Below, one piece after another: positions 22,891 through 34,174 of a stretch of 64,000 nucleotides of DNA (position 1 is the first letter of the stretch; each line of letters opens with the position of its first letter). A program made the position numbers and the translations under genes. The stretch lies in contig OZ361259.1 of NCBI GenBank assembly GCA_977018835.1, positions 4,216,001-4,280,000 on the forward strand. Direction: 5' to 3'. This DNA is from Minutocellus sp. GHC0000111 (lineage: Eukaryota). The notes beneath the pieces were generated by a model. The model did no database searches, had not been told where the DNA came from, and worked only from the letters and a program-made list of their open reading frames with translations.

Positions 22891-23925
22891 TTATTCAAGA
22901 CAAGGCTGACCAATTTCTTGCAGTAAATTGTTGTGAAGCTCGGCATTTGACGATGCAATGACTCGACCCTCCGATGCTCTGTGATTTTGCAGGCTGAGTG
23001 GGCGGCCATTCCAATCTGTTATCATTATGCCGCCTGCACCTTCTAGGATGGGCACGAGACTGCAGTAATCATGCAGGCCCAATCCTGCCTCGATAACACC
23101 ATCAGCCCCGAACCCTGAAGCGACAATCGCGTACCCATAGCAATCTCCTCCATAGAGAATCAATTTCGATTTAGTCTGTACTCTGTTGAAAATGGACTCT
23201 TCGTGAGGCGAAGTGAACATGTCTGGGCTGGCACAATGCAAAATTGAGTCGTCCAGTTTTGTTGCTTTTTGTGACGTTTGTACGATTTGTCCATTTAATG
23301 TAGTAGGGTTGCCAATAGATCCAACCCACCGCTCTTTCAGGACGCACTGATCGATTACGCCAATGATAGGTGTTCCTTTGTGCAGCAGCGCGATCAGCGT
23401 TCCAAAGAGTGGCTTGCCAGTTACAAAGGATTTTGTCCCATCGATGGGGTCAAAGACCCAGACGAACTCTGCATCTTGATTCTTCACTCCGAATTCTTCG
23501 CCTACAATGCCATGCTTGGGATATCGCTCTTCGACCATCTTCCTCATGGCCAGTTCGGCGGCTCGATCTGCAACGGTCACTGGTGACTCATCGTCCTTGC
23601 TCTCCACGTCGATTGGGAGCCTCCAGTACGGAAGAATGGTGGCACCAGCTACTTGGGCTAATTGCTGAGCAAAATCAGTATACTCGGCAAGTAAAGCAGG
23701 TTGTATCGGTGCTAGTAGGTCTGATCTTGATCCTGTAGATTCGTACTGCAGGTAAATTGTTTTTTCATTTATTTGCAAGTAATAAAAAGGAACTTCTCTA
23801 AAAGTTAGCGCGTTACTTTTTGGTGTAATTGTTGGAAAATTCGCATTGAGCTCATAAATGGGAACGCACTCGCCGTATCTAAATGGCGGTACCCCAGTCC
23901 CACTCTCAAGGAGAAACCAACACAA
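22891..23925 (-). CDS. hisN: Histidinol-phosphate phosphatase (inositol monophosphatase family); true 5' end uncertain
   Basis: ESPVTVADRAAE, GIVGEEFG, VWVFDPIDGTKSFVTGKPLFGTLIAL, YGGDCYGY, HDYCSLVPILEGAGG. The first ~60 codons of the ORF look non-homologous. Confidence 0.88.
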   Translation of the reverse strand: MCWFLLESGTGVPPFRYGECVPIYELNANFPTITPKSNALTFREVPFYYLQINEKTIYLQYESTGSRSDLLAPIQPALLAEYTDFAQQLAQVAGATILPYWRLPIDVESKDDESPVTVADRAAELAMRKMVEERYPKHGIVGEEFGVKNQDAEFVWVFDPIDGTKSFVTGKPLFGTLIALLHKGTPIIGVIDQCVLKERWVGSIGNPTTLNGQIVQTSQKATKLDDSILHCASPDMFTSPHEESIFNRVQTKSKLILYGGDCYGYAIVASGFGADGVIEAGLGLHDYCSLVPILEGAGGIMITDWNGRPLSLQNHRASEGRVIASSNAELHNNLLQEIGQPCLE

Positions 23926-24028
23926 CCTTCATCTTCAAATCGAACCAAGTGCAAGCTACGTAATTCATGTACATACGTGGGCTTGTGTGGATCTGACGGT
24001 TGCATTTAGTGTGCATGCGCATCCCCAC

Positions 24029-24380
24029 TTACACGGTTGCCTACATAAGGATTGTTGGAGTTGGCCTTCATAGTTTCGTACTCGGAATAGCAGCTGTAGG
24101 GCTTGGAGTCATCGAGATGCGTTGGATTCTCACCCCACTAGGCAGCAGGAGCAACGTAGTCGGCCGCGACAGGGGCAACCGGAACGTGGCCAACGAGCTT
24201 GGCATCGTTGGGGACGGTTCCACCGTTGGCACCGTCGGCGGCAGGAGACGAAGGGGCGGAGCTCTTGGAGGGAGCGTAGGACTTGGCGGGTGCCGGGGCA
24301 GATCCGCCAAGGGAGTCAAGGTAGCTGAAAGCTTGGGCGGAGGTGGCGGCGGCAGCGAAAAGGAGGGCGGTGCACTTCAT
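24029..24380 (-). CDS. Small plastid-targeted low-complexity protein with SYLDSL motif; in-frame TAG at 24138-24140
   Basis: MKCTALLFAAAATSAQAF|SYLDSLGG bipartite presequence. The frame continues past the TAG (WGENPTHLDDSKPYSCYSEYETMK...) to a gtaagt donor near 24028. Confidence 0.55.
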
Positions 24381-24832
24381 GTTTGGATTTGATCGTTGTT
24401 CTTTTGGGATGAGAAATGAAATGAACGTCTGAAGTTGCAAGCAAACCGTTCGCCGTTGCCGTTGCAAAACCGACCGTTTTTCAGATTTTGGCCAGCAAGA
24501 CAACGGTGAAACGAAACTTTCAGCTCCACGTCAGTTTCTCAATGATGTAACGGCGGACGGACCACGAGCCTCTCCCGATCCCTCACAGCACCATCTGCCA
24601 GCCGGATGACTCGCATACTTTTGGTCGCACTTTCGGTGGCCGGCCGGCGCGCGAAGCAACCGACGGGCGCGCCCAACGCGAGCCACCATGGCGGCAAAAA
24701 TTCAAATTGCCGCCGCTACGTGCAGAACGAAGGCGATATCTCGCGCTGGTGTGGGAGAATTACGGCACGAGACCAACCAGGTACTCCCGACATCCTGGTG
24801 ATATTCCCGTTGGTCTCGATCCATAATTCTCC

Positions 24833-26481
24833 ATGAGCAAAAAAAATAACGGCCGCAATCCCGCGGTCAACACCGCAGACAGAATTGCGGTGCAGGACGC
24901 CCTGGCTGAACTGCTCGTCCGTCTTCGCAGAAAGGAACTTCATTGCTACAATTTCATCGGCAACAGCAACGACTCCTTGATGAATGTGTTGGGATGCAGT
25001 CCCATCATGTACGGCGCCGTCATGTGCACTGCGGGCATCTTGGGTTTGAAGAAGAAGAAACACGAAGACTGCTGCTGCTGCTGCTGCGATGTGTTTTTTG
25101 TGAGGACAGACAACCAGAATGGATGGGATGAAATGGTATCAAGACACTGCCTTGCCGACGACGTTCAGCGAACCCCATACAAAAAGAGCATATTTGTTCG
25201 CCTCGGTTCTGTCAATCCTCGTGCAGCCGACGCTCTCCATGATGATGGACATGGATGGCTTTCGACATGGTCACGGTCGAGCAACAATTTCGCCTCGAAA
25301 TGCCGCCGCCGCGGCTCAATTTGACGAAGGCATGTAATGCATTCCTCAAGTCGGTCGCACCACATGCATCGGTGGGACATGCGGCGATGGACTACGAAAT
25401 CAACAGGCAGATGTTGCTCGAGGCCCAGAAGTTCCCTGGTGGGCACAATGGCCAGGACGATGGGTGGGACAATGACGACGATGTTGGGACGGTGGGCACC
25501 CTGACCACGACGGAGGCCGGCGAGATCAGTGAGGACGATGACGACGAAGACGAGGACTATGTGCCCTGTTATGAGGACGAAGCTGATATTGCAAGAGAGG
25601 ACGCTACACATGAAGCATGCGTGCAGCAGCACTTTGAGAAGAATCGTCAGAAGCACGGTGATGGCGAGCCAGAGATGGGAGCTGTCGATGATGCCGAGGA
25701 TGACGATGCCCCTCACTTCCATTTCCTGAAAAAGGCCGGCATTGAGGCGGTCGACTCAGGTAAAATAAGGGCAGTGCTGGCAGAATGCTGGAGAGCTTTA
25801 TCTATTAATATTTCTGATGGCAACAACAAGAAGAAACCAAGGACAACAGAGTTCATCCACCATAACACCTCCACCAAAGGAACTCTCCTAGAGCACAATC
25901 GCGAGGAAGATGGCATGACGGATGACGACATCAAAGAGCTCTGCAAAGCTTGATCTAATTTGCTCCACACTCTTGACGCAACACATTCCAGGTTTCTGAA
26001 ATGGTGCATGAAATGGGATGATGAGGCAAAGAAGGCTGTGAGAGAGCTTGAAGCATTGATTGCAAGTGCCCTCAAGCAAGCACGGGCAATCGGTGTTAGC
26101 ATGACGCCCAAGTGGCACTTACTCGAAGATCACATCTTGGACCAACAACACATTTGGCTAGTGAAGAATGGATGGGGCGGCATCTGTTGGCTCGACGAAT
26201 CGTTTGTAGAGCGAGCCCACCAAGAGGGCGTTAAGGAAGATCGTCGGACTCAGGGCGTCAAGGGATATGAGGCCCAACAGACGGCGCAGTTCAAGGCTGA
26301 GGAGAGGGCATCCAATCCAAAGGTCGAGGAGAGGCGGGAGCGAAACTCTCGGGTGGCAAGAACAAGGAAAAGGACAAGGACCGAAGCTGTTAAAGCAGAA
26401 ACTGATGACAAGCGCCAACAAATGATCATGATGGCCACCGATGGAGATGAGGATGTAGAGATGGGAGCAGGGCATGTATAA
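24833..26481 (+). mobile_element. Degenerate, internally deleted Transib/RAG1-like DDE transposase remnant
   Basis: C-terminal SMTPKWHLLEDH...GGICWLDESFVERAHQ resembles the T-x-x-x-H-x4-H...G...E-x-x-E motif of Transib/RAG1 cores. One frameshift and an in-frame TGA (25951); most of the catalytic core appears missing; no TIRs found. Confidence 0.55.
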
Positions 26482-27314
26482 AATTAGAAAATGAAATTAC
26501 ACTGCTGCTGCACAACAACAAATGAATTGCACAATCCAACTTTTACAAACAGCATCGCGATTGAGCAAAAAAGTAAATAGTACACCCAAACAAACACATC
26601 ACGTCCTTCTTAACTCACCCATTTATCTCCCAGACCAAAAAGTCCATTTGTCGGGTTGATTGTTGCATAAACTTATCCCAATACTATCTGTCTCTCCTCG
26701 GGCGCAAAATTGTTGTCGGAATTCCGGGGGAGGTCGAGTGGGGATGCGATCGGTCGGGATCAGCGAGAGTCGGTCATACGGGGGGTGCGGCGCAATCCCG
26801 GCAGTTTATCATCAACAACAACGTGGGAAAGTACCAGAGGGTCTGGGGCATCACAACGGGAGCACGACGAGCACAAAGACGTAGCAATGGCACCACCCCC
26901 CAGAGAAACGAACGGCCGACAGATGGAGGAAAAGTAGGCCGATGGTTCGTGGCGTTGATACGCAGCGGAGGCCAATCTGAGGATACAGTAAGCTTCAACT
27001 ATATCCAAACATGATAATGAATGCGTATTTGGTACGAAAATATAGTTATACGCCGGCGCAACGCCGACGGACCACCATGGTGTTGGACGGTCAAAGAATG
27101 GGTGACGAACGAGATTGGGTTTTGGTGGGTTTCTTCGTGACGTGTTCGTCTTCTGCCGAAAAACGCTTCATCCGACCGGCGAAACAAGACGAGATGGGGC
27201 AGTGCCCTCGCCCTCGCTCCGGCTCTTCGCCTGCCGAACGAACTGGAAACTGGAACCTCCTACTCGTAGGTATCAAGCAAGTATTCCTCAACACATTCTA
27301 CTCTTTGCCACAGT

Positions 27315-29564
27315 ATGCTGCGATTGGCCGGTCGCGTGCGCAGGGCTTCTCGGCAGCGCTCTGTCGGTATTCTGAACAGCAGCACCAGAGCGGCCTCGGC
27401 CTCCTCGGCGCAATCATCAACGTCGAGCCACATCTCATCCTCGTGCCGACTTCGTCAGCCACAACACCTCCAAGATGTACTCGCACCGAGCAATACCCAA
27501 ATTCATTCCATTACTTTCGCCGCCGGTAACGACAGCAGCCGTCGGTATCTTTCCAGTTATTCGTACACCCACAACAGTGGTTCCAACAACTTTTACGAGT
27601 CAAATGACCATGGAGGGAATCAAGTTTACAGCATGGAAAGCATGCAGGAAAAAACACACCGTCTCCTGGATTCCTCGGAAACGCCACTGGGATCGTTCCG
27701 TGCCTCCACCTGTGACGATATTATCGAATCTGTCCAATTCTGGACATCGCCAGATCGATCCCCGGCGGCCAGGTTGCGATCGGCAAAAATTGCCAGCCGC
27801 CTCGTCCAGCGATTCACGGTGGAGGTTGCCGTCAACAATCTTTGGGCCAATGACATGAGTTGGGCGCTGGCGGAAATGAATGCGTCCCTTCGAAAAATTT
27901 GGGTGGAAGTGGATGGCAGGGATGGTACCGAAAATGCAGAGGCTGCGCTCAGAGCAGAAGTTGAGGAATACTTCAACAACCCTCGATGTGAGCATGAGCC
28001 CGAAGTGGAGAGTTTTTTGTCGACTGCATCGAAATGGATGTCCCTCAAGGATGGTGATGATGCCGCGCTCCGAGCGGGAGGTATTCTGATCTACCTGACG
28101 GAATGTCTTGAAATTGGTGAGAAAGATCATCAGCAACGACAACAAATAATAGACTTGTTCCATGACGTATGTACGAGTTTGGAGCAATCCGATTCAGATC
28201 AGTCAGAACAGTTATCCATCGTTGAGGAACGTATGAACCAGCTTCGCGGCGAGGGTTGGGATGGAATGGGTGAACGTCTTGGTCCACGTAATGTCACAAC
28301 ATCTGACGCCAACGACAGCATTGTTGGTTCAACTTCTGATGTTACTCCTGAACGATCTGTGGATCGCCCATCTCCCTCTTCTCCCCTCGAAGATTCTCTC
28401 AAGCAGCAATTCATTGACATTGCAAAATCTGCTGATGCCGCCTCGTACAAAAAGGTTGAGGCCATCTACCGTCGTCTTGTGTCCATGAGCAACGAACCTG
28501 ATTCTTCTTTTACGTTGGATGATGCAACGGCACAATATTTTGCAGATTATCTTATTCGAACAAGGCCAGTACGAGTAGATCCAGTAGATGCCGATTCCAA
28601 GCTCGTTAGGGACTTATTTGGTGAAGAATCAATGCCAAATGGCTCTTCCAATAATATTGGGCTGGATTTGTTGCAGCAGAAAAAGTTCAAAGAATACTTC
28701 AAATATATAAACACCTTGCAAATCATGAACGGTGATCTTATGCAAATTGAGAAAGCTGAGGAGGCGCTGAATGAAATGGTTGGTATCAATAAAAGTACTG
28801 CATACAGCGATGATGACTTGAAATGGACAAAGCGCTGTTTTGACGTAGTTGCTAAAGCCCACAGGCGAGTTGGAAATGACTCTGTGGTGGAGAGAATCGG
28901 CAAACTAATTGACACTATGGACGAGATTGGCATCAAAGAAAAAGGGTTTGTAACTCGGACTTATCTTCATGCAGTAGCATTGGCAAAGCAGCAAGAAAAA
29001 TCGATTGTCTCAAAGGCAGAAGAGATCTTTGAAAATTTCTTGGCTTCGTATAGGAAGGGCGAAGCTGGAGCAGATAAGCCAGATGCGCATATGTTCCTGA
29101 ACATGATGGAGATTCTAGTAAAAGAGCGGAGATCGGACATGTTGGCACGTGTCCTCGACCTGCATGATAAGATGAAGGAGAACGGCCTTCGTTTGGATGG
29201 TTCACGACACAATTACATATTGATTGCTTGTGCAAAGGGCAGGATTGAGGACGAGGAAATTCGCCTTCGCGGATTGCGATACATTACTGATTCATTAAAC
29301 GAATTACAGCAGGATGATGGTAGAAATATTGATAACAGTTCAAAGCGTTTTGCCGTCTCTCGAATGATGACATATGGCTTCATTGTGCATTCTCTACGGA
29401 GACTTCTTCCCGGTAAAGACAATGCAGAGAGACGAAAAAGTCTGATCGACTCTGCATTCGATTGCTGCTGCCGTGATGGAGTTTTATCCGCAAAGAACAT
29501 CAAAGTGTTCAAGAAAGAAAGGGCTGGCATTCAGAAAGAGTGGAGCAGAAATGTAAACTTCTAA
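27315..29564 (+). CDS. Mitochondrion-targeted PPR-like helical-repeat protein (diatom type)
   Basis: Arg/Ser-rich presequence; degenerate PPR repeats (KPDAHMFLNMMEIL, DGSRHNYILIACAK, MTYGFIVHSLRRL); diatom-PPR C-terminus FDCCCRDGVLS...WSRNV. Confidence 0.75.
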   Translation: MLRLAGRVRRASRQRSVGILNSSTRAASASSAQSSTSSHISSSCRLRQPQHLQDVLAPSNTQIHSITFAAGNDSSRRYLSSYSYTHNSGSNNFYESNDHGGNQVYSMESMQEKTHRLLDSSETPLGSFRASTCDDIIESVQFWTSPDRSPAARLRSAKIASRLVQRFTVEVAVNNLWANDMSWALAEMNASLRKIWVEVDGRDGTENAEAALRAEVEEYFNNPRCEHEPEVESFLSTASKWMSLKDGDDAALRAGGILIYLTECLEIGEKDHQQRQQIIDLFHDVCTSLEQSDSDQSEQLSIVEERMNQLRGEGWDGMGERLGPRNVTTSDANDSIVGSTSDVTPERSVDRPSPSSPLEDSLKQQFIDIAKSADAASYKKVEAIYRRLVSMSNEPDSSFTLDDATAQYFADYLIRTRPVRVDPVDADSKLVRDLFGEESMPNGSSNNIGLDLLQQKKFKEYFKYINTLQIMNGDLMQIEKAEEALNEMVGINKSTAYSDDDLKWTKRCFDVVAKAHRRVGNDSVVERIGKLIDTMDEIGIKEKGFVTRTYLHAVALAKQQEKSIVSKAEEIFENFLASYRKGEAGADKPDAHMFLNMMEILVKERRSDMLARVLDLHDKMKENGLRLDGSRHNYILIACAKGRIEDEEIRLRGLRYITDSLNELQQDDGRNIDNSSKRFAVSRMMTYGFIVHSLRRLLPGKDNAERRKSLIDSAFDCCCRDGVLSAKNIKVFKKERAGIQKEWSRNVNF

Positions 29565-29592
29565 GCAGTTTCGATTTTTATCTTGGCAATCA

Positions 29593-31505
29593 TTAAATTT
29601 TCAGCAATCCATCTGTAATTCCTCCTGCTTTCTTCTTCTCCGCCCGAGATTTATCACCAATTGCTACCGCTGTACTAGAAGAAGAAGACTCATCGCGCCT
29701 CATTTGAGGAGTAGCGGGTGCTTCGCTTCGCCGTTTACTACTCAATGACCTGGAAGACGACATGGGTGTGTACGATGAGCGTAACGCGGAACCAAGGGCT
29801 GAGCTCGATCTGGCACTTACTCTTCCACTCGTCGATGACATTGACGACAGCGACAATTTGGGAGTCCCCCGATCCAATAATGCCCTTGCGGCTGGAGTTA
29901 GCGATTCCGCTCGGCTGTGCACAGATGAAGTACTCGTCGATGCGTTAACTTTGCTTCTTCCGCCGCCTTTTCTCGTTGGCGTCCTCACACTATCGTTGGT
30001 CGTTGGTCCCCTTTTGACGCTAGACTGTGCATCGCGATATGCCTTCGTCCGTGCGGCAACCCTGGCCTCTACAATCCTCGCCGTCGCCTCGATGCTATCT
30101 TCAGCGGGTAGAACAAACGATTTCATTTGATTCTGATCACTGTCATCAATGTCATCATCCTCAATGGGACCCGCTGTAGGTCTAGCTGCAGTCGCGTCGT
30201 TTGCTTGGCCGCTGCCAGAAAGAACGAGAGGAGTTCCCGCTACAGTGCCCCATGTTGTTATTGGCGAGTCGTTGCCCCGTCCTCTGTCTCCTCCGGGTAA
30301 GATAATTGGTGTCATCGCAATGTAGCTTTCCCTCTCTCTTGCCAATGCATCGGCTCTTGCCGCCCTTTCTCCAGCCAGCGACATGGGAGTAGCATCCAGA
30401 TCGGTTGTTGCATCCGTATCTGATGAAGTCACAGAATGGTTGCTGGAAATCATGGCGATGTTTCCAACATTTGCATTCCTCCGACCAGACGCAGGCGGAA
30501 GGCGTGACTCTCCCTGGTGGGGGAATCGTGTCATTGCCGCATTGATCGTCGGGACAGCCCGAATGCCAACATCATTTCCATCTGAATGAGGCTTGGGGGC
30601 ATACTCAACAAGGTCCGTTTTGGGATTGCCTTTGCCTACGGCCATGCTGCTGCTGTCTCTCTTGACGTTTCCTTTCCTTGTATTCCGCGGCGGCGGTGGT
30701 AGCATCAAGGAAGATGAATTGCCCCTTTCTCCCTCAAGCATTGGCATAATATTGTCTACTTTCCTCTTGCCGTCATTACTATCATCCTCACGAATTCCGC
30801 GGCGGGAATGATGATCAGGAACAAAGAAGAGTGGGTTGGTATCTGCAGATCTGGCCATGACATCAACCACTTGTTCTACAGGTGCATCGAACTGATCTGA
30901 CGCAGGAAGCAGTGGAGTTTCGGCCCCCAAAACCTTGCTTCGAGAAGCAGATACAGTCCCACCGCTTGAGGCATGATGTGCAGTATCAGCCTTGATCTGG
31001 AGCAACCCTCCCTTTCCCGGCCTTGCATCGATAGCGCTCTCATCCGATCGATACGTTCGTCCTCTTCCCTCCTCGTAACGCGATCAAACTCCTCGTTGTC
31101 TTCGCTCGTGGCCCGATCGTGAAAGCCCGTCACCGACTCACGTTCCAGCGGTCGTGGTCGTTTCCTTGTACCGCCCGATTGCGTACGTGCCCGCTCATCT
31201 TCCTGCCGTTCGGCCTCTGATTCCTTCTCCTCTTCCTCGGCTACTCTGCGATATGCCCTCCGAACCGCGACTGCACCAGAGACGTCGCCCGTCCCTCTCC
31301 TCTCGAGCACTGCCATGTCGCGATGCAAACTGGGAAGAGCAGGATAATAATCACGTTGCACAATTTGAGATAGTGTTTGTTGGTATTCCTCTTCTTTTAG
31401 AATTTGGCGGGGCTGCTTCTGCTTGCGACCGCCATTGTTTGCACCACGGCTGGTAGGGACGATGGCACTGCTGCTGCCGCTGCCGCTGCCATCAGGGTAG
31501 CTCAT
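29593..31505 (-). CDS. ESS2: Splicing factor ESS2/DGCR14; 1-nt frameshift near 31010
   Basis: ILKEEEYQQTLSQIVQRDYYPAL, ATSEDNEEF, NPLFFVP, RFP, SPITTWGTVAGTP, LTPAARALL, ITDGLLKI. Confidence 0.88.
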
Positions 31506-31708
31506 CGTGGAGGAAAATGGAATGATGCGCATGCGATGCGACGGCCGCTTGTTGGCTGTGGGTGTGATGTCATTCAGAAGCAGCTTCCCTGCACCAAAAG
31601 ACCAGCCCCCAACCAAGAAGACGAGCGAGCCGAGATCAGCACATAAAAGAAGAATCATTTGCGTGCAGTAACGGTGCAGATAGGACTCCCTATATTAGCA
31701 TCTTAGAA

Positions 31709-32866
31709 CTAGCTAGAAACTTGTGAATGCGATACCCTTACCACATTCAAACTACGATACGGTAACAAGAACCAGTAAAATCTTCCATCCAAAACATGCA
31801 GAAGCAGCAGCAATACCAAGGCCCTTGGCAATCTGGGCGAAGAAACAGAACAAAATGCCAGTGCGGCAAACCCGACTTTACTCTTTTCCCGCCCATTCCT
31901 TTCTTTCTTGGTGTGACATGGTTTACCGCACATCGCAGCTGAATGAAACTTTTTTCCCGCTCTCTTCGATTTCGACCTCTTACTTTCGCTCTGGGTGTTA
32001 CTTGATTCATTTGCCAGTGATTCCAAGCAGCTGTAGCTGCTCCCACGATAAATTGATGACATAGGAGGCTGAGAAAGCCGACTCGGTCCATTTGGGCCAT
32101 CACCGTCGCTCCTTCGGCGCCCTTTTGCTGTATTCCAATCGGGAAGCACATGCTTCGATGATGAGTCAGTACACATAGCATCGGCCATGGAAGCTCGCCG
32201 CCGCTCACGTCGCATTTCACTACTAGGCTTTGATCTCAATTCCAATTGGAAGGAATGCAAACCAGAGAGGGAAGATCGTCTTTCTTTCTTCGGCTTTGTA
32301 TCCAGTGACGATGTGTTTGCGTGGTCGACAGACGGAATCGTTGGTACCAGCATATTGCTGTCGAAAGCAGGCTCATCTTCCCCCTCTTCCACTTCTGATC
32401 CTCGTTGACTGATACGTGAAGCGCTATATTTGCTGATCTGGGAAGGGATATCTGCCCCGACGGAATTGCGCCGAGCCATACGCCGTTCCATTGCTTGCTT
32501 TTGGGCATTCAACGCGATTCGAGCCGGCCTCGCCGGCCTCTCGGTGTCTGTGTCTGTTCTTTCCTTGCCTTGTGGGCTCTTATTATCGAGTCCAGGAGCG
32601 TCTGCAGAGTTGCGCCGCGAAAGTCGCCGCTGAAGATTCCTCTTTTGAACATTCAGTGACGATTGTGCTGGTCTTGAGAAATGGGGCATGTCATCATCAC
32701 TGTGTGTGCTCGATTCCTCAGTCGGTGGCGTTCCTTGAGAGTTCATGTCGTCAACTTTCATCGAAATTGGCGTTGACGAAATCCCTGTTTTCGCCCTACT
32801 AGTGTCGCCGAGACTGCTTCTTCGTCGTCCTAACCGACTGGTGGTAGCGGACTGAGAGCGGTGCAT
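31709..32866 (-). CDS. Hypothetical low-complexity protein with repeated RRxS motifs; 3' end uncertain
   Basis: 385-aa ORF, Ser/Arg-rich, with repeated RRNS/RRSS/RRAS; no recognisable domain. Confidence 0.5.
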   Translation of the reverse strand: MHRSQSATTSRLGRRRSSLGDTSRAKTGISSTPISMKVDDMNSQGTPPTEESSTHSDDDMPHFSRPAQSSLNVQKRNLQRRLSRRNSADAPGLDNKSPQGKERTDTDTERPARPARIALNAQKQAMERRMARRNSVGADIPSQISKYSASRISQRGSEVEEGEDEPAFDSNMLVPTIPSVDHANTSSLDTKPKKERRSSLSGLHSFQLELRSKPSSEMRRERRRASMADAMCTDSSSKHVLPDWNTAKGRRRSDGDGPNGPSRLSQPPMSSIYRGSSYSCLESLANESSNTQSESKRSKSKRAGKKFHSAAMCGKPCHTKKERNGREKSKVGFAALAFCSVSSPRLPRALVLLLLLHVLDGRFYWFLLPYRSLNVVRVSHSQVSS

Positions 32867-33495
32867 CGTCGTTTACTCGCTGAGTAATTGCAGAACATTG
32901 AACTGTGCTTCCCCCCCTCGCCCATGCCATGCCGAAAAATGCAGAATCAGTCACGGCATGGTGGGTCGGCGAAGTTGCAAGTCGGCGAGGAGATGGCCAA
33001 AACACCAAAAGATCAAAAAAGGGGTCCGACAAGTCGGGTCAAAGATTCGTTCCAGACGTTAGTCCTTCACAGCATAGCTTATTAGTTTGCAATTAGCAAC
33101 ACAATGCCTCAGTAGATACTTCAAGGGCTATTGTACTGTCTCTGTGCAAGAATGTAGGGAGTAGAGGGTAAAAATATATAAACCCTACAAAAATTCAGTT
33201 CAAATCCGGTTGCTCCCCCCTTTTTTGCTTTGAAGAGGTTTTTCGTTCGTTTTTCGATGATCGATCGGTCGGTGAATTTTGTTTGCAATTTGAATTGTCT
33301 CAAACTTACTGCTCGTACCGGTACATGTAGGAACTCCGTGTATCTTGAAAAGGTGACAATTCGTTATGCGTTTACATGTACGTAGATCCTACTAATGCGT
33401 TCCCATGTGCCGGCACAGGTAGGGATCCCTCTATGTAGATCTAGATCTACCGTACCATAGACAAACAATTCAAGCTCTTCCTTCATCTACAAAAG

Positions 33496-33990
33496 TCAAT
33501 CATCATTTTTTACCGGCTCGTGCACTCTCCACCTGCCCAGGCCATATGCAACCCTCATTTGCACCATTTCCAGTAGCATGCGCAAGCTCGCCCCGATAGC
33601 TCCCCCGGCCGATGTTACCAATTTGGACCCATCCTTGTCTTCCCAATTGATTGGGACCTCGTCTACTGGCACTCCCAACATCTTGGCACGATACAGGACC
33701 TCCACATCGTGAGACCATCATCTGAGATTAAGATCACGATACAACGTTTTGGCAGCGTCCAAAGTCATCAGTTTCATTCCACATTGCGTATCAGAAACAC
33801 CAAGATTACCGCAGATCATCCTCACGGCAGTTCGAAATCCCCATCGCAGAACAATGCGCGCAATACCAGCTCCGTCGTATCCCCTATCACCCACGACGAG
33901 AGCTGCATTGTCATTCTTGTAAACCTTTTGCGTTTTCTCATTGACAAGAAGAAGATTGTTCAAAGCATGTAACATATCACCGAATTGATA
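33496..33990 (-). pseudogene. ALG5: 5'-truncated dolichyl-phosphate beta-glucosyltransferase remnant
   Basis: VSDTQCGMKL...LR*WSHDVEVLY...EVPINWEDKDGSKL...MRVAYGLGRW is the ALG5 C-terminal half. It has a TGA at 33718 (probably CGA), and the N-terminal half including the DADG motif is absent before the next gene. Confidence 0.8.
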
Positions 33991-34174
33991 GATTGTAGAT
34001 TCACTACGTCGAATCGATTAGTAAAAGATTTTGAACCAATCGGTGGTTGTAAATAGGGCTCGCCGAGAGGAAACAACACAAGGGAGTGGAGCTACTCGTA
34101 GCTGGGGAAAGCAAGACCGCGAGCCAGCACAAGCGCATAAGTACTTTCGGTCAGCAAGGAGGACAAACAATATC

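Noticed and set aside
25068..25087. Poly-Cys (CCCCCC) metal-binding motif
   Set aside because: A (TGC)6 microsatellite inside a degenerate TE ORF.
24584..26720. Terminal inverted repeats/RSS for the Transib-like remnant
   Set aside because: Only a short acttttggtc / gaccaaaaagt match and a lone CACAGCA; no convincing TIR pair or TSD.
4766..33720. Stop-codon reassignment or readthrough (alternative genetic code, selenocysteine)
   Set aside because: All three stop codons occur internally and also end intact genes. Inferred residues differ (Arg for TGA, probably Glu for one TAG) and each is one substitution from a sense codon.
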